From NCBI GenBank assembly GCA_008632985.1, contig QPGO01000009.1:310001-374000 (forward strand): a stretch of 64,000 nucleotides of DNA, written 5' to 3'. Position 1 is the first letter of the stretch; every line of letters begins with the position of its first letter. Positions 51,212 through 61,664 of this stretch are shown piece after piece. Origin of the DNA: Psammoneis japonica. Its lineage: Eukaryota. The translations under genes were made by a program, and so were the position numbers. Below the pieces are notes generated by a model. That model was not told where the DNA came from. It saw only the letters and a list, made by a program, of their open reading frames with translations, and made no database searches.

Positions 51212-52564
51212 TCACCACTTCAGCAAAAGGTTTGATCCTGGTCGTGCGGGTGTTCCCTTTGTCAATGCTAGCTCTTTGGGACCAAACCTCTGCACAAAGG
51301 CCCCGCATCCTCTTTCGGAATGATTCATCAGCTCGATTCGAAATGGGTGTTTGTCCCCCTTTGAGTTGCGGCCAATGAACAACATGTCTGGCGTTGTGTC
51401 AAAAGGAGGTAGCCACCCTTCGACTTGTACTGTGGAATTCACATATAGACTCGTATCGAGTAATCCAGCACAGTAATTCTTTTTGAACTTTCCTCGCTCA
51501 TTGTTTTGAATCACATAAATATCCAAACGTCCGTCGCCATTCACATCTAGCACCTCCAAATCCGGAGCAGCATGCGGCAACGTCTTCTCATAGTAGGGAT
51601 TGTTCATGTCGAAATATGGCTTTTTTGATCCAAGTCCTCGGAATATAACCAATTTGTGATGGCGAGCAAATCCTTCAATGGCAAGCAGATCCGGCTTACC
51701 ATCACCCGTCACGTCGGCGACTCGAGCACTTCGCCACCGTTTGGAACGGGGTAGCTTGTATTTTGTAAATTTGCCGCTCTTTTTCTGTAAGAGAATTTCG
51801 GATCGCCGACTCGTTCTAGAACAGAAGAGCAAATCATCTACACCGTCATTGTTGAAATCGGCCACAAGTACTCGAGAAAGCTTGACTTCTCTGTTGATGT
51901 GCTTGTTTTGAACTTCCCTGAAAATGCGACCACTCTTCTTCTTCTTCGGTATGACTTTGTATATTCTGTGCCAATTGGGACGACCATCCTCTCTCGGTGC
52001 ACCACTGGTTGTAATTAGCACAAGTTTTGACCCGTCGGCGCCTCGTAAGGGTATCGCCTCTCGAGAACGCATGGAAGGCGTGTCGTACAAACCATGGTTG
52101 ATTACTTTTTTGAGAGACCCGTTTGGTTGTGTAATGTAAACTTCATTGTATCCCTCCCCGGTCCCCTTGACGGCTCCAATAGTACAAATCAAGTCAACAA
52201 GGCCGTCATTGTTGACGTCCATTGCTCCACAACCGTGTCGATCAATACCCTTCTTACCCCCAACTTTATCGCTGTCGGCAAGTCTTGCGGCCGTGCGCGG
52301 AACCCACTTACCCTTTTGCTTTTCACAATAGGGCATTTCCGGTTTTTGGTGTCCAACCCACCAAAATGTTCGTTTCCCTTTGCACCACGGTGATCCTTCC
52401 GGCATGAGCATTGTAGGCCCAAACACACGGGAAAGTTCCTCAACCACCGTCACCTTTGGTTGAAACGTCTTCTTTTTCTTCTTCTTCTTCTTTCGACCAG
52501 CTTTACATGGAGGAGCAGCAAAAAGAATTGCGATAACTAACAGCTCGTTCCAACGAAACTTCAT
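51212..52564 (-). CDS. Secreted FG-GAP/VCBS-repeat beta-propeller protein
   Basis: Signal peptide; four DxNxDGxxD-type motifs (DVNNDGLVD, DFNNDGVDD, DVTGDGKPD, DVNGDGRLD). Confidence 0.85.
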   Translation of the reverse strand: MKFRWNELLVIAILFAAPPCKAGRKKKKKKKKTFQPKVTVVEELSRVFGPTMLMPEGSPWCKGKRTFWWVGHQKPEMPYCEKQKGKWVPRTAARLADSDKVGGKKGIDRHGCGAMDVNNDGLVDLICTIGAVKGTGEGYNEVYITQPNGSLKKVINHGLYDTPSMRSREAIPLRGADGSKLVLITTSGAPREDGRPNWHRIYKVIPKKKKSGRIFREVQNKHINREVKLSRVLVADFNNDGVDDLLFCSRTSRRSEILLQKKSGKFTKYKLPRSKRWRSARVADVTGDGKPDLLAIEGFARHHKLVIFRGLGSKKPYFDMNNPYYEKTLPHAAPDLEVLDVNGDGRLDIYVIQNNERGKFKKNYCAGLLDTSLYVNSTVQVEGWLPPFDTTPDMLFIGRNSKGDKHPFRIELMNHSERGCGAFVQRFGPKELALTKGTPARPGSNLLLKW

Positions 52565-52936
52565 TCTTACTCCGAAACGGCAAGTAGAGCCAACACAACT
52601 TATGGTTCAGCACACACGATATGCAAACAGGATTCAAAACAAGAATTGCGAGAGGAGAAAAAATGTGGGCGATGTTTGTCCTGCGAACATTTATAGAAAT
52701 AAATATATTTTCAAGAATATATATATAATTTATCTCTTCTAATTACTAAACTGTCATACATAGAGCCTACGTAAGTCTACGAGAAAGAAAAGGGCCTCCA
52801 ACAGCTCTGTCTGTACGTCGTCCGCAATGTGTTGAACGCCACACGCCACTCTAGCCCTAGGGCCTAGATTTTTATTTTTTTGCTTTTCCTCTTTCGTCTT
52901 TCTGTCGAGTCAGAACAGAATCAAACAATCGACACC

Positions 52937-54078
52937 ATGGCGGACGACGACGACAGCGCTCCCCAAGCGGAGAACAACAACAACAATAAGAAAAAGAATC
53001 ACAACAAATACCGTCGAGACAAGCCATGGGACAATGAGGAGATTAATCACTGGGAACTGCAACCGTGGGATGAATCCAAAGGCGACGCTCTTCCCGGTGG
53101 GCACTTGTTGGAAGAATCGTCCTTTGCAACGCTCTTTCCAAAGTACCGTGAGACTATTTGCGTCAAGTGTGGCCCGTTGTGACGAGAGCACTGGATAAAG
53201 TCAAGATTGCGTGCGAACTCAACTTGGTGGAGGGCAGTATGACGGTGCGGACCACGAGACAAACATCCGATCCCTACATTATTCTCAAGGCGAGGGATTT
53301 GTTAAAGCTGTTGGCGAGAAGCATACCGGTAGCACAAGCATTAAAAATTTTGGAAGATGACTGTACTTGTGAGATTGTCAAGATTGGAGGGCTTGTCCGG
53401 AACAAGGAGCGATTCGTCAAGCGTCGACAGCGGTTGGTGGGTCCGGACGGAGCTACACTCAAGGCGCTCGAGTTGCTGACGGGTTGCTTTGTTCTTGTGC
53501 AAGGAAATACGGTGAGCATTATGGGCAATTCACATACAGGAATCAAGCAAGCGAGACAAGTTGTGTTGGACTGTATGAATAATATACACCCGATTTACAA
53601 TATCAAGCGTCTCATGATTCAAGCTGAACTGAAAAAGGACCCCAAGCTTGCGAATGAGGACTGGTCTAGGTTTTTGCCGCAGTTTCAGAAGAAAAATGTT
53701 CCGAGGAAGAAACCGAAAAAGAGCAGAGAAAAGAAACACTATACACCCTTTCCACCTGCTCAGACCCCACGTAAGGTGGATTTGCAGTTGGATACGGGAG
53801 AGTACTTTGTTTCGCAGCAGGAGCGGAACGCCAAGAAACTGTCAAAGAAAAAGTTGGAAGCCTCTCAAAAGAGCAAGGATAAGCGATTGCAATACGACTT
53901 GGAAACAACAACTGCAGTAGTAAGCAGGAAGGAGAAGAAGTCCAGTGATAGCAGTAGTGTAGACGTCGAGGCGTTGGGAGAGAAGCTATCCAAGCGCGTC
54001 AAGGAGAGCGGAGAACATATGAAGCGGTCTCGTGACGTTTCCGACTTTGTTCAGCAGCACAAGAAGCAAAGAAATTGA
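52937..54078 (+). CDS. KRR1: KRR1 small-subunit processome KH-domain protein, 1-bp frameshift near 53155
   Basis: [71 protein letters not shown]. Confidence 0.93.
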
Positions 54079-54249
54079 TAAGAAAAGCAACAACATGTGG
54101 CAAATGACGCTGTACGAGTGTGCATATTAGATTTCTCTGGTTATCCCGATCGCTCTGGAGTGTGTCGGTAGCTAGCTATGCGTTTGCATCATCCCTGACT
54201 TCCTCACGAAGACGTCATGCTCTCCATCAACCTATCCTGCACATCCACC

Positions 54250-54560
54250 AAACAGACTCGTGTGGTCATATCATGTTGAACGGGAAAAGAATTAAGGACC
54301 ACTACAAAGAGGGGATCGGATTGAAAGAAAGTGGCAGTATGCAGCTTCTCTCTCACCAGCCTGTCGCGAGCATCCGTAGTAACAATCCTGCGAAACACTT
54401 CAGGCACGAGCGCTGTTTGACTACCCTTCGAGAACGAGCTCGTATCCAATCATTTCCAAATGAATTTCAGTTTTCAGGAAACATGACACAGAAGACTGCA
54501 CAGCTTATGGCAATGCTGTACTCCTGGATGTCGGACGCGCCGTTGCAAGAGTCGTCCGGG
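54250..54560 (+). pseudogene. C-terminal fragment of a DNA (cytosine-5) methyltransferase
   Basis: RCLTTLRERARIQSFPNEFQFSG (motif IX), then frame-shifted GGC AAT GCT GTA = GNAV (motif X); no upstream PC motif seen. Confidence 0.65.
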
Positions 54561-54771
54561 AGTCTCACGCTCAGTATCAAGAAAGGTGGTATTCTCAATA
54601 TCGTTAACGCTAACAAAATACTTGCTTTCGCAGACAACGTCCAAATTCTGCAATCGTAAGATGGTAACACTACGACTCTAGTACACTGTTGTTAATATGA
54701 TGACTTTCTAATCTGAATTATCCCTAGTACCTCACGATGCTGATCGCCTCGGTTTGCAATCCTTCCCCGCT

Positions 54772-56310
54772 CTACGACGTCTCACAATGTTTCGAGATGC
54801 GAGCCCGCAATCGTTCAGTTCCCTTCTGCCAACGCTGGCACAACTTCGCATTGTACCTGTCAAATGATCCTGGCTCCATAGACGACTTTGTCTCACACCT
54901 TTTCGAGATGCGAGAATCAATTCGTCGGATTTTCTTTCGCCAACGTTTGCACTTGCCACTCTCGATGCTGCGGGTCTCAATATGTTTAGAGACACGAGCC
55001 CGCAATAGTTCAACTCCCTTTTGCCAACGCTGGCACAACTTTGCACTGTAAATGTCAAACGATCCTGACCCCATCGACGACTTTGTCTCACACCTTTTCG
55101 AGATGCGAGAATTCATGCGTCGAATTTTCTTTCGCCAACGTTTGCTCACAACACTCTGAATGCAGGGCTGCTTAGCCATCAACTTTGGCAAACCACTCGT
55201 CTGAATCCATTTAGACACGTCTTGCACTCTCTCTTTGATACTGGGCCTGTCCGACAACAACAAAAGTGTTTCAAAAGGCGTCGTCATGCCTTTCACGCGC
55301 ATCGACCAACGCCTCAACAGCTCGAACTGGCAGTCTTCGACACGATGTTTCAACAAGAGAAGCGGCATAGTCTTGTGTTCTTGCAAAAGGCGAGCCTGAG
55401 TCTGCAATCGAGTGAACAAGCGCATCGAGGCGTCTTCGACTGTCTTCCCCCAATTGTATACGCGCAACTCCAACCCGTCGCTTTCGACACTAGAGCTGTA
55501 CAAAGTTGGGATCCGAAGCGGCATAGACTTGCGTTCAAGCAAAAGACTAGCCTGAGTCTGCACTCGAGCAATCAAGCGCATCGAGATATCTTCAACTCTC
55601 TTCCCCCAATTGTATAAGATCAACTCAATCTCGTGCCTTTTGACACTGGAGTTGTACAAAGTTTGGATCCGAAGTGGCGTGAACTCATGTTCTTTCAAAA
55701 AGTCAGCCTGAATCTGCACTTGAGTGATCAAGCGACTCGATGCGTCTTCGACCGCCTTCCACCAGTTGTAAAACCTGTCGTAAAAGGTTAGCTCGGCATC
55801 CGCGTGCAAGTAAAAGTTGTCGATGGAGGACTCGATTGGAGCAATGCTGCGAAGAATTTGCTCCACGGTCTTGAGGTAGTCTGGTTCGTCCTTGTCGTGC
55901 TCATAATAGAAACAGAAAGTGCTTTTCGAAGCGTCCATTGGCTTTATAGTATTGGGCCTAGTCTTTTGTATAACTTGTAGAAGACTGTCGTCATGTTTAA
56001 GAGACAAGCAAAAGGGCACCAAGCTCGGGGTGACGTGAGCTTCTTCCGTGGGAGTCCTGGCACTGCTTGGGGCATTGTGGTAACTTTCAAGCTTTCCCCT
56101 GAGTTCACCCACAGCAATAGCCATTTTCCAAGCATTGCGTGACAAGTCTTCATGCATTACGGCGATACGCTCTGCCGCGGCAATCGAAAGAGCTCGAAGA
56201 CCGCTCTTTGCCGTGTCGACAAGCGAGGCAGGAGGGCCAGCGGCGACAGCACCAGCGCTCATGGCGGCAACAAAGGCAAAGTAGGAAAGGATGTTGATAA
56301 CAATTTTCAT
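54772..56310 (-). CDS. Hypothetical secreted protein with internal repeats
   Basis: 512-aa ORF, signal peptide, three ~60-aa YNWxKxVED repeats and two to three ~60-aa KLCQRWQKG/RISKxCET repeats. Confidence 0.6.
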   Translation of the reverse strand: MKIVINILSYFAFVAAMSAGAVAAGPPASLVDTAKSGLRALSIAAAERIAVMHEDLSRNAWKMAIAVGELRGKLESYHNAPSSARTPTEEAHVTPSLVPFCLSLKHDDSLLQVIQKTRPNTIKPMDASKSTFCFYYEHDKDEPDYLKTVEQILRSIAPIESSIDNFYLHADAELTFYDRFYNWWKAVEDASSRLITQVQIQADFLKEHEFTPLRIQTLYNSSVKRHEIELILYNWGKRVEDISMRLIARVQTQASLLLERKSMPLRIPTLYSSSVESDGLELRVYNWGKTVEDASMRLFTRLQTQARLLQEHKTMPLLLLKHRVEDCQFELLRRWSMRVKGMTTPFETLLLLSDRPSIKERVQDVSKWIQTSGLPKLMAKQPCIQSVVSKRWRKKIRRMNSRISKRCETKSSMGSGSFDIYSAKLCQRWQKGVELLRARVSKHIETRSIESGKCKRWRKKIRRIDSRISKRCETKSSMEPGSFDRYNAKLCQRWQKGTERLRARISKHCETS

Positions 56311-58566
56311 GGTTGAGCTGTGAATCGACGGCGATTCTGAAAATTATGACACAAACACTCGACACTGGAAAAAATCAGCGTGGTTGGCATCCGATGATGT
56401 TCGGTACAAAACACGTAGAATGTACGTAGAGTTGTCACGACTCGGTGATGGGCCACAGGGATGCAGGTTTGGCAATCATGTGTCGTGTTGTGTCGTGGAT
56501 ACGGATTGGTGTTGCCACATTTTTAGATACAAGTTCTAAACTACGTTCGTCAGCCGCTGTCACACAAAAGGGTGCCATCTTGACCGACTCGCCGCGTTGT
56601 TTCTCTCGAAGTCTCCTTTTTCTGGTTTTCGTTTTCGTTTTGCGCAGGGGCATCATCAAAATCGCGTGCGCAGCTTGAAGCTATCGTGAGAAGTCGGGCG
56701 CCCTGTGGTGTCGGAGGAAAAGCACGCACCCACCGGTGCCACCGCAGTCGCACCGGGGCTAACTACTAACTACTACGACTCTTGAAGTAAATCATTACGT
56801 ACACTATCTAATAAAGTACTTAGCTCACTACTAACGCCCAACCACAAACAACAACAGAGTACTTCGTCTCAGTCGCTTTACATCGAATCAATACACCAGC
56901 ATCAATCAACGTCGCTGCAGCATCTTGCGTTCAACTGGTGGCACCCGCTACCCTGTCAATTTTACACCTTGGAACCTACAATTCTCGTTGGACACATGAT
57001 GCACTGGCAAGCATTTAGCAAAATTGACATCAGCACGGCAAATGATACATTTTTCCTGTACGGAACCACTCATGCGGGGATGACTCCGGACCGCGTTCTT
57101 GAACTTCGTTGGATTCCTCGCTCAGCAACCCTTCTTTCTTCAAGGGTTTGAAAGACATCTTAATAAATAATGGCCTCGCTTCTCCGTCCGTAGGACACTC
57201 GTGTCTTTCTTGAGCTGCTGTTACTACACAACTCATTCAACGTCATGAGAAAGCAAGAAGGACGGAGTCAAAAACAAATCAATGGCCACGTTCCTCTACC
57301 ACCTTATGGCACGGTCCATTGAATGTGCAATGAATGCAATTCTGTCCATTAATCACCAATTTTTGTGTGTCTTCAGGACAAAAGCGTTGTTCGGTTGCAC
57401 CAAAGACTTGCATGGAGACATCTCGGGGTACATTGGCTAAGTCCAGCTTGATTTGCAAATAGCAGGGTGGATTCTCTTCGTGGTACATCCCGCTGAGTTG
57501 TAATTCGATCAACAAGTCAAAGGTCAGTACATTGTCGGGCGCGTCTTGTCGGCATCGCTTTCATCGTGTGTGAGATGGGGTAAAGGGTTCGCTACCCTTG
57601 GTAATGTGTGCCGCCAATCCCGAAAACATCAGGCCACCCATGACGCCCCACTTTTAAAGGCGGCATGACAATTGCGAACCGGATACAATTCGTCGTAAGT
57701 CCACGAGCTGTACACTTGTTTGGGATAATCGGTTATTTCCACTGCGTCTGTATCAAATTCCAATACACCACTTGTAGCCACAGTTTCTCTACTTCTTGTT
57801 CAACCCCTTTCAACAAAGCCTCGTACGTGGCACAGGAAAAGTCAATTGTGGAATGGCGTGATAGCCACCTTCATTCAAAACCTGTGCGCCATAGGCAGTG
57901 CAATTGGCCTTTTTAAAAAACTGTTATACTACGGAGGGATGCGTTTTCCATTGTTGAAATTCTTGATAGGAATTCAAACAGGGATTGGCATAATCCAAAC
58001 CCACCACCAATCCGACTAAAATTAAATTGGGTGCTTGATGACACAGGAACGAAACGCCAAAGCCTTTATCCGTGAGTTTGGATTGAAGCGGAAATCCGGA
58101 TTTCAATGGGTGGGGGCTCGTCGTCTGGCAATATTACTCATTCTGTCAAGCCGGTTCGATGGTGCCAACCAAAATCAAACGAAAAATAATCGCGGTCGGT
58201 AAGGGCTTGAAGTAGTAGAGACGAAAGGAGTAACCAGGCTACAGAGAGCACCAATCACATGAACGACGCCATGGTTATTCGCCATGCGACATGCGAGAGC
58301 GAGAAAGATCATCACGTACGTCGTCCATCGTCCATCGTGCTGTGAAATTTGAATACACTCATCGGGGATGCATAATGTTTAATGATCAGAATCTTTCGAT
58401 ATTCGTGTGCAGTACCGTATGTTCAATTAGATCTGCTCGGGTGATCGACAGACACAGTAAGTTTGACATGCCGCGCGCGCCGCATCGCACCTCAGACGCT
58501 GTTTGCTGTTGCTCTAGAGACGTGTTGTTTCAATTGAATCCATGTTGTCCAACCCACATTACAACC

Positions 58567-59511
58567 ATGATGACGTCTCCTGACAGTGAGCATGCAAGGT
58601 TAGCTTGTTGCGATCATGGCGAAAGCGCAGCACTCAAACTTGCAGCTGAGAGCGGCTTTCTGGACACCGTGACGCTGCGCCGTTTGCTTCTGTTCACCAG
58701 CAAAAACCTGATGCACGGCATGTTTGGCAGCAATCCTCATGACGTTTGGCGTTGCTTGTGTGCCAATGAATGGAGCTTGGATGACTTGCAGCTCACCACC
58801 AACTCCATGGGCATGACCATGGAGGAAACTTTCCGGAAGCTTCTGGTGCCTTCTGTTTTGGGAATCAACTCGTGGGCGGGAGAAGAGTTGTCCTTGCTCC
58901 CGCTGAGGTGTTCTCCAGACGATTGTCTGTTTGTTTTTAAGTTTGACTCTACCTCAGATCCAGATGATGATCACACTTTTTATCACAAGGTTGTTCCCGG
59001 CAAAGAGCTCTCACAGTTCTTCACCAAGGGCAAGGCGCGAATGCTCTTTGACGAACCAATTCTAGAAATTGAATGCGATGCAGCATTGTGTGACATCAGT
59101 TGGAGCGCACATTTGCAACTACTTCGCATCCCTGATGGAAAGATCATTGATGATTTTGCACTTTTGGACACTGACAAAAGAGAGGAAGATTGTGAGCAGT
59201 CCCTGTTGTCAAAACCAAACCATCGGAGAAAGACGCTGAGCTGCGACTGTGGATCTCGTCTGATGAAAACTTTCTACCCTGAACACAGTCATCTTCTGTT
59301 TGATGTAGATCTCATTTGTGAAACGGAAGCTGTCAATGAACGGTTGAACAAGGTTGCAGTGTGGGGTTTCAAGCTTCTCACAATGCCGCAGTCAATGGAA
59401 AAAAACATGCACCTTGATCCAGATTCGCTTCTAAAGAACAAGGTGCCTTTTGCTCATTTTTGGAAGCCTTGTCTGCTTGGGACTCGTGATTTTGAGACAT
59501 GGTCGTTTTGA
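58567..59511 (+). CDS. Hypothetical protein with a possible F-box-like N-terminus, Tyr-poor and possibly pseudogenised
   Basis: Open frame; ALKLAAESGFLDTVTLRRLLLFTSK...DVWRCLCANEW; only two Tyr after the Met at 58567. Confidence 0.4.
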   Translation: MMTSPDSEHARLACCDHGESAALKLAAESGFLDTVTLRRLLLFTSKNLMHGMFGSNPHDVWRCLCANEWSLDDLQLTTNSMGMTMEETFRKLLVPSVLGINSWAGEELSLLPLRCSPDDCLFVFKFDSTSDPDDDHTFYHKVVPGKELSQFFTKGKARMLFDEPILEIECDAALCDISWSAHLQLLRIPDGKIIDDFALLDTDKREEDCEQSLLSKPNHRRKTLSCDCGSRLMKTFYPEHSHLLFDVDLICETEAVNERLNKVAVWGFKLLTMPQSMEKNMHLDPDSLLKNKVPFAHFWKPCLLGTRDFETWSF

Positions 59512-61664
59512 TGGAACCACTCTCGAAGGCATCGTGATGAGGATTGGATTGTGAACAAACTGCGTTGTTTGGGATGGTGCCGTTGCTCACCTCAATGCAG
59601 CAAACACACACTGCACTGTTCAAAAAATTGAGCACCATCCCATCTAGGCAGCCGGATGGGATCATGAAGCATTGGCATTGCATCCACATTCATGTCACCG
59701 ACTTCAGCAATCCTTCCGTCTGATGACAAGGAAATGGGCCATCCAAAAATGCTGCACATCGGAGTCAGCCATGCCCTTCAAAGGATCAGAACCTGCCTGA
59801 ATCCATTGGCACCAGCACAACTCAATGATGCCTGTCAACAATTGACCTTCTTCTTAGAATTTGAGTGTCTTTTACAGGGCGCATTAAAGGAATCTACATT
59901 TGATGCAAACAATGTGCACCGAGATTCTCTTTTGAGTCGATCACCAAGGTTCGGCAGGTCTGTTCACATGAGGTTCACAATGGGTGTAAATGCTGCACAA
60001 CAACAAGTTGTGCTGTGCTGGATCATCGCGGATCCAAGGCCCTTCATCATCTCAACACCATTTCGGCTGTGTGTGCCACAAAAAGTTTCAAATTCAATTT
60101 GATGGCAAAAGACGATTTTTGGAACCTGACCACCAAAACAACAGCACAGAGCAAGTGTGTTTGTGCTGGTGGGCCAGGCGATTTATGAAAATTCCTCTTG
60201 TGACTGGAGGCTTTGCATCATTTGGGCAAACACTTCAATGCCACACTGGAGAGTTGACATTTTCATCATTGCAACTGGATGATTGTCACAATTGAGTCAA
60301 CTCATCATGTCATGACTTGTGTCAGAGAGTTTGCGCAGTCAATTTAACCACAGCAGCTTGTTTTAACATCTGTGGGGCATCCAACCATTTTGCCATTGTT
60401 GACTCTGGGGATGACAAGATGCCACATCCCCCAACCCTTTGCCCCTCAACTTTTTGTGGGCACCCAGATTTGCAAGCAGATCCAGGTCATTGGCGGCACT
60501 GTGAGGGACACCCAAAATGTCTTTCCAGCAGCAAATCAAGCGAAGCCCTGAAGTCAAGACAGAGAATCCAAAATGACAGTGCCGTTTCTGATTGGTCATT
60601 TTCATCTCCAGTTTTCTGCCATCAAGAGAGGGCTCATGCTTTTTCAAGAGCTTTCCGTTTTCCTCTTTTCTTGTTTGTTGTTGATCTGTTTTTCGTGCAG
60701 CGCACCTTTGCACTGCAATGTCCAAGTCTCCCACTTTCCACATCAATTTCAACCCACAGTTTTGTGTTTCCAGCACCCTGCTTTCACCTCAACAGCAACA
60801 ACAAATGCCAGGTTGGCTCTTCTTGTCACTTTGTTGACATTGCCAACCAAATCCACAAAGAAAACCTGGAAAATGCCACGTTGCTTGCACCGGAAGAACA
60901 ATCCAAGAATGGGTCTGATCACCTCCCACGTGGACTTGTGTTGAGGCTGTTCTCTCTGGGTGCAATTTGGCAGAAAACAAACTCAACTGCAGATTGAAAA
61001 TTGGGGAAAGAGAACAAGCTGTGCTTGTCTCTGAAAAAAACACCCCAGAAAATGAAAGGCCTGAAAATGGAAAATGATGGTGACCCTCCACCACCTGAAA
61101 GCCAAAGCAATGGAAAATGATGGTGACCCTCCACCACCTGAAAGCCAAAGCAATGGAGGAAAAGCCAAGGAGCCACATCAGAGGCAACAAAGCAAAGGGG
61201 TGCTCACTTGGAAGAGGCAAGGTCTGGGCCACCAAGGAACAACTGGGAACTTGTTTGACATTGTCAGCTGGTCAAAGGCAGTGAAGAGGAGAGGCTGACC
61301 ACAAAGGTGCACTGAAGGAGACAGCTGAAAAAGCAAAAGTTGAGCACTGGGTTGGTGATGAGTCAGACCAAATGCCAGCAAGATCTGTCTTAAATCAAGC
61401 TGCAAGCAACCAGCCCAGGCACTGCAATGGCTCACAACTGGGTGTTGCATTGCCGGTGCAAGAAATTGAGAGTGTGCTTCTTGTTGGTGCAACTGAGTGC
61501 TTCTGCAAGCAAAAAAATCTTGGAAATGATGAGCTCTCTGTGATCAAAGGCACAGAGCAATCAAGAAGCTAGCCACAGTTTCTGCTTGTTTGTCATCAGC
61601 TTTCAAAAACACACTGCCTCTTGCATGTGCCCCATGCATGCACCAGGCGCTGAAAAAGAAGATG

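Noticed and set aside
61069..61155. Two-copy ~42-bp tandem duplication
   Set aside because: Ordinary slippage duplication within decayed sequence.
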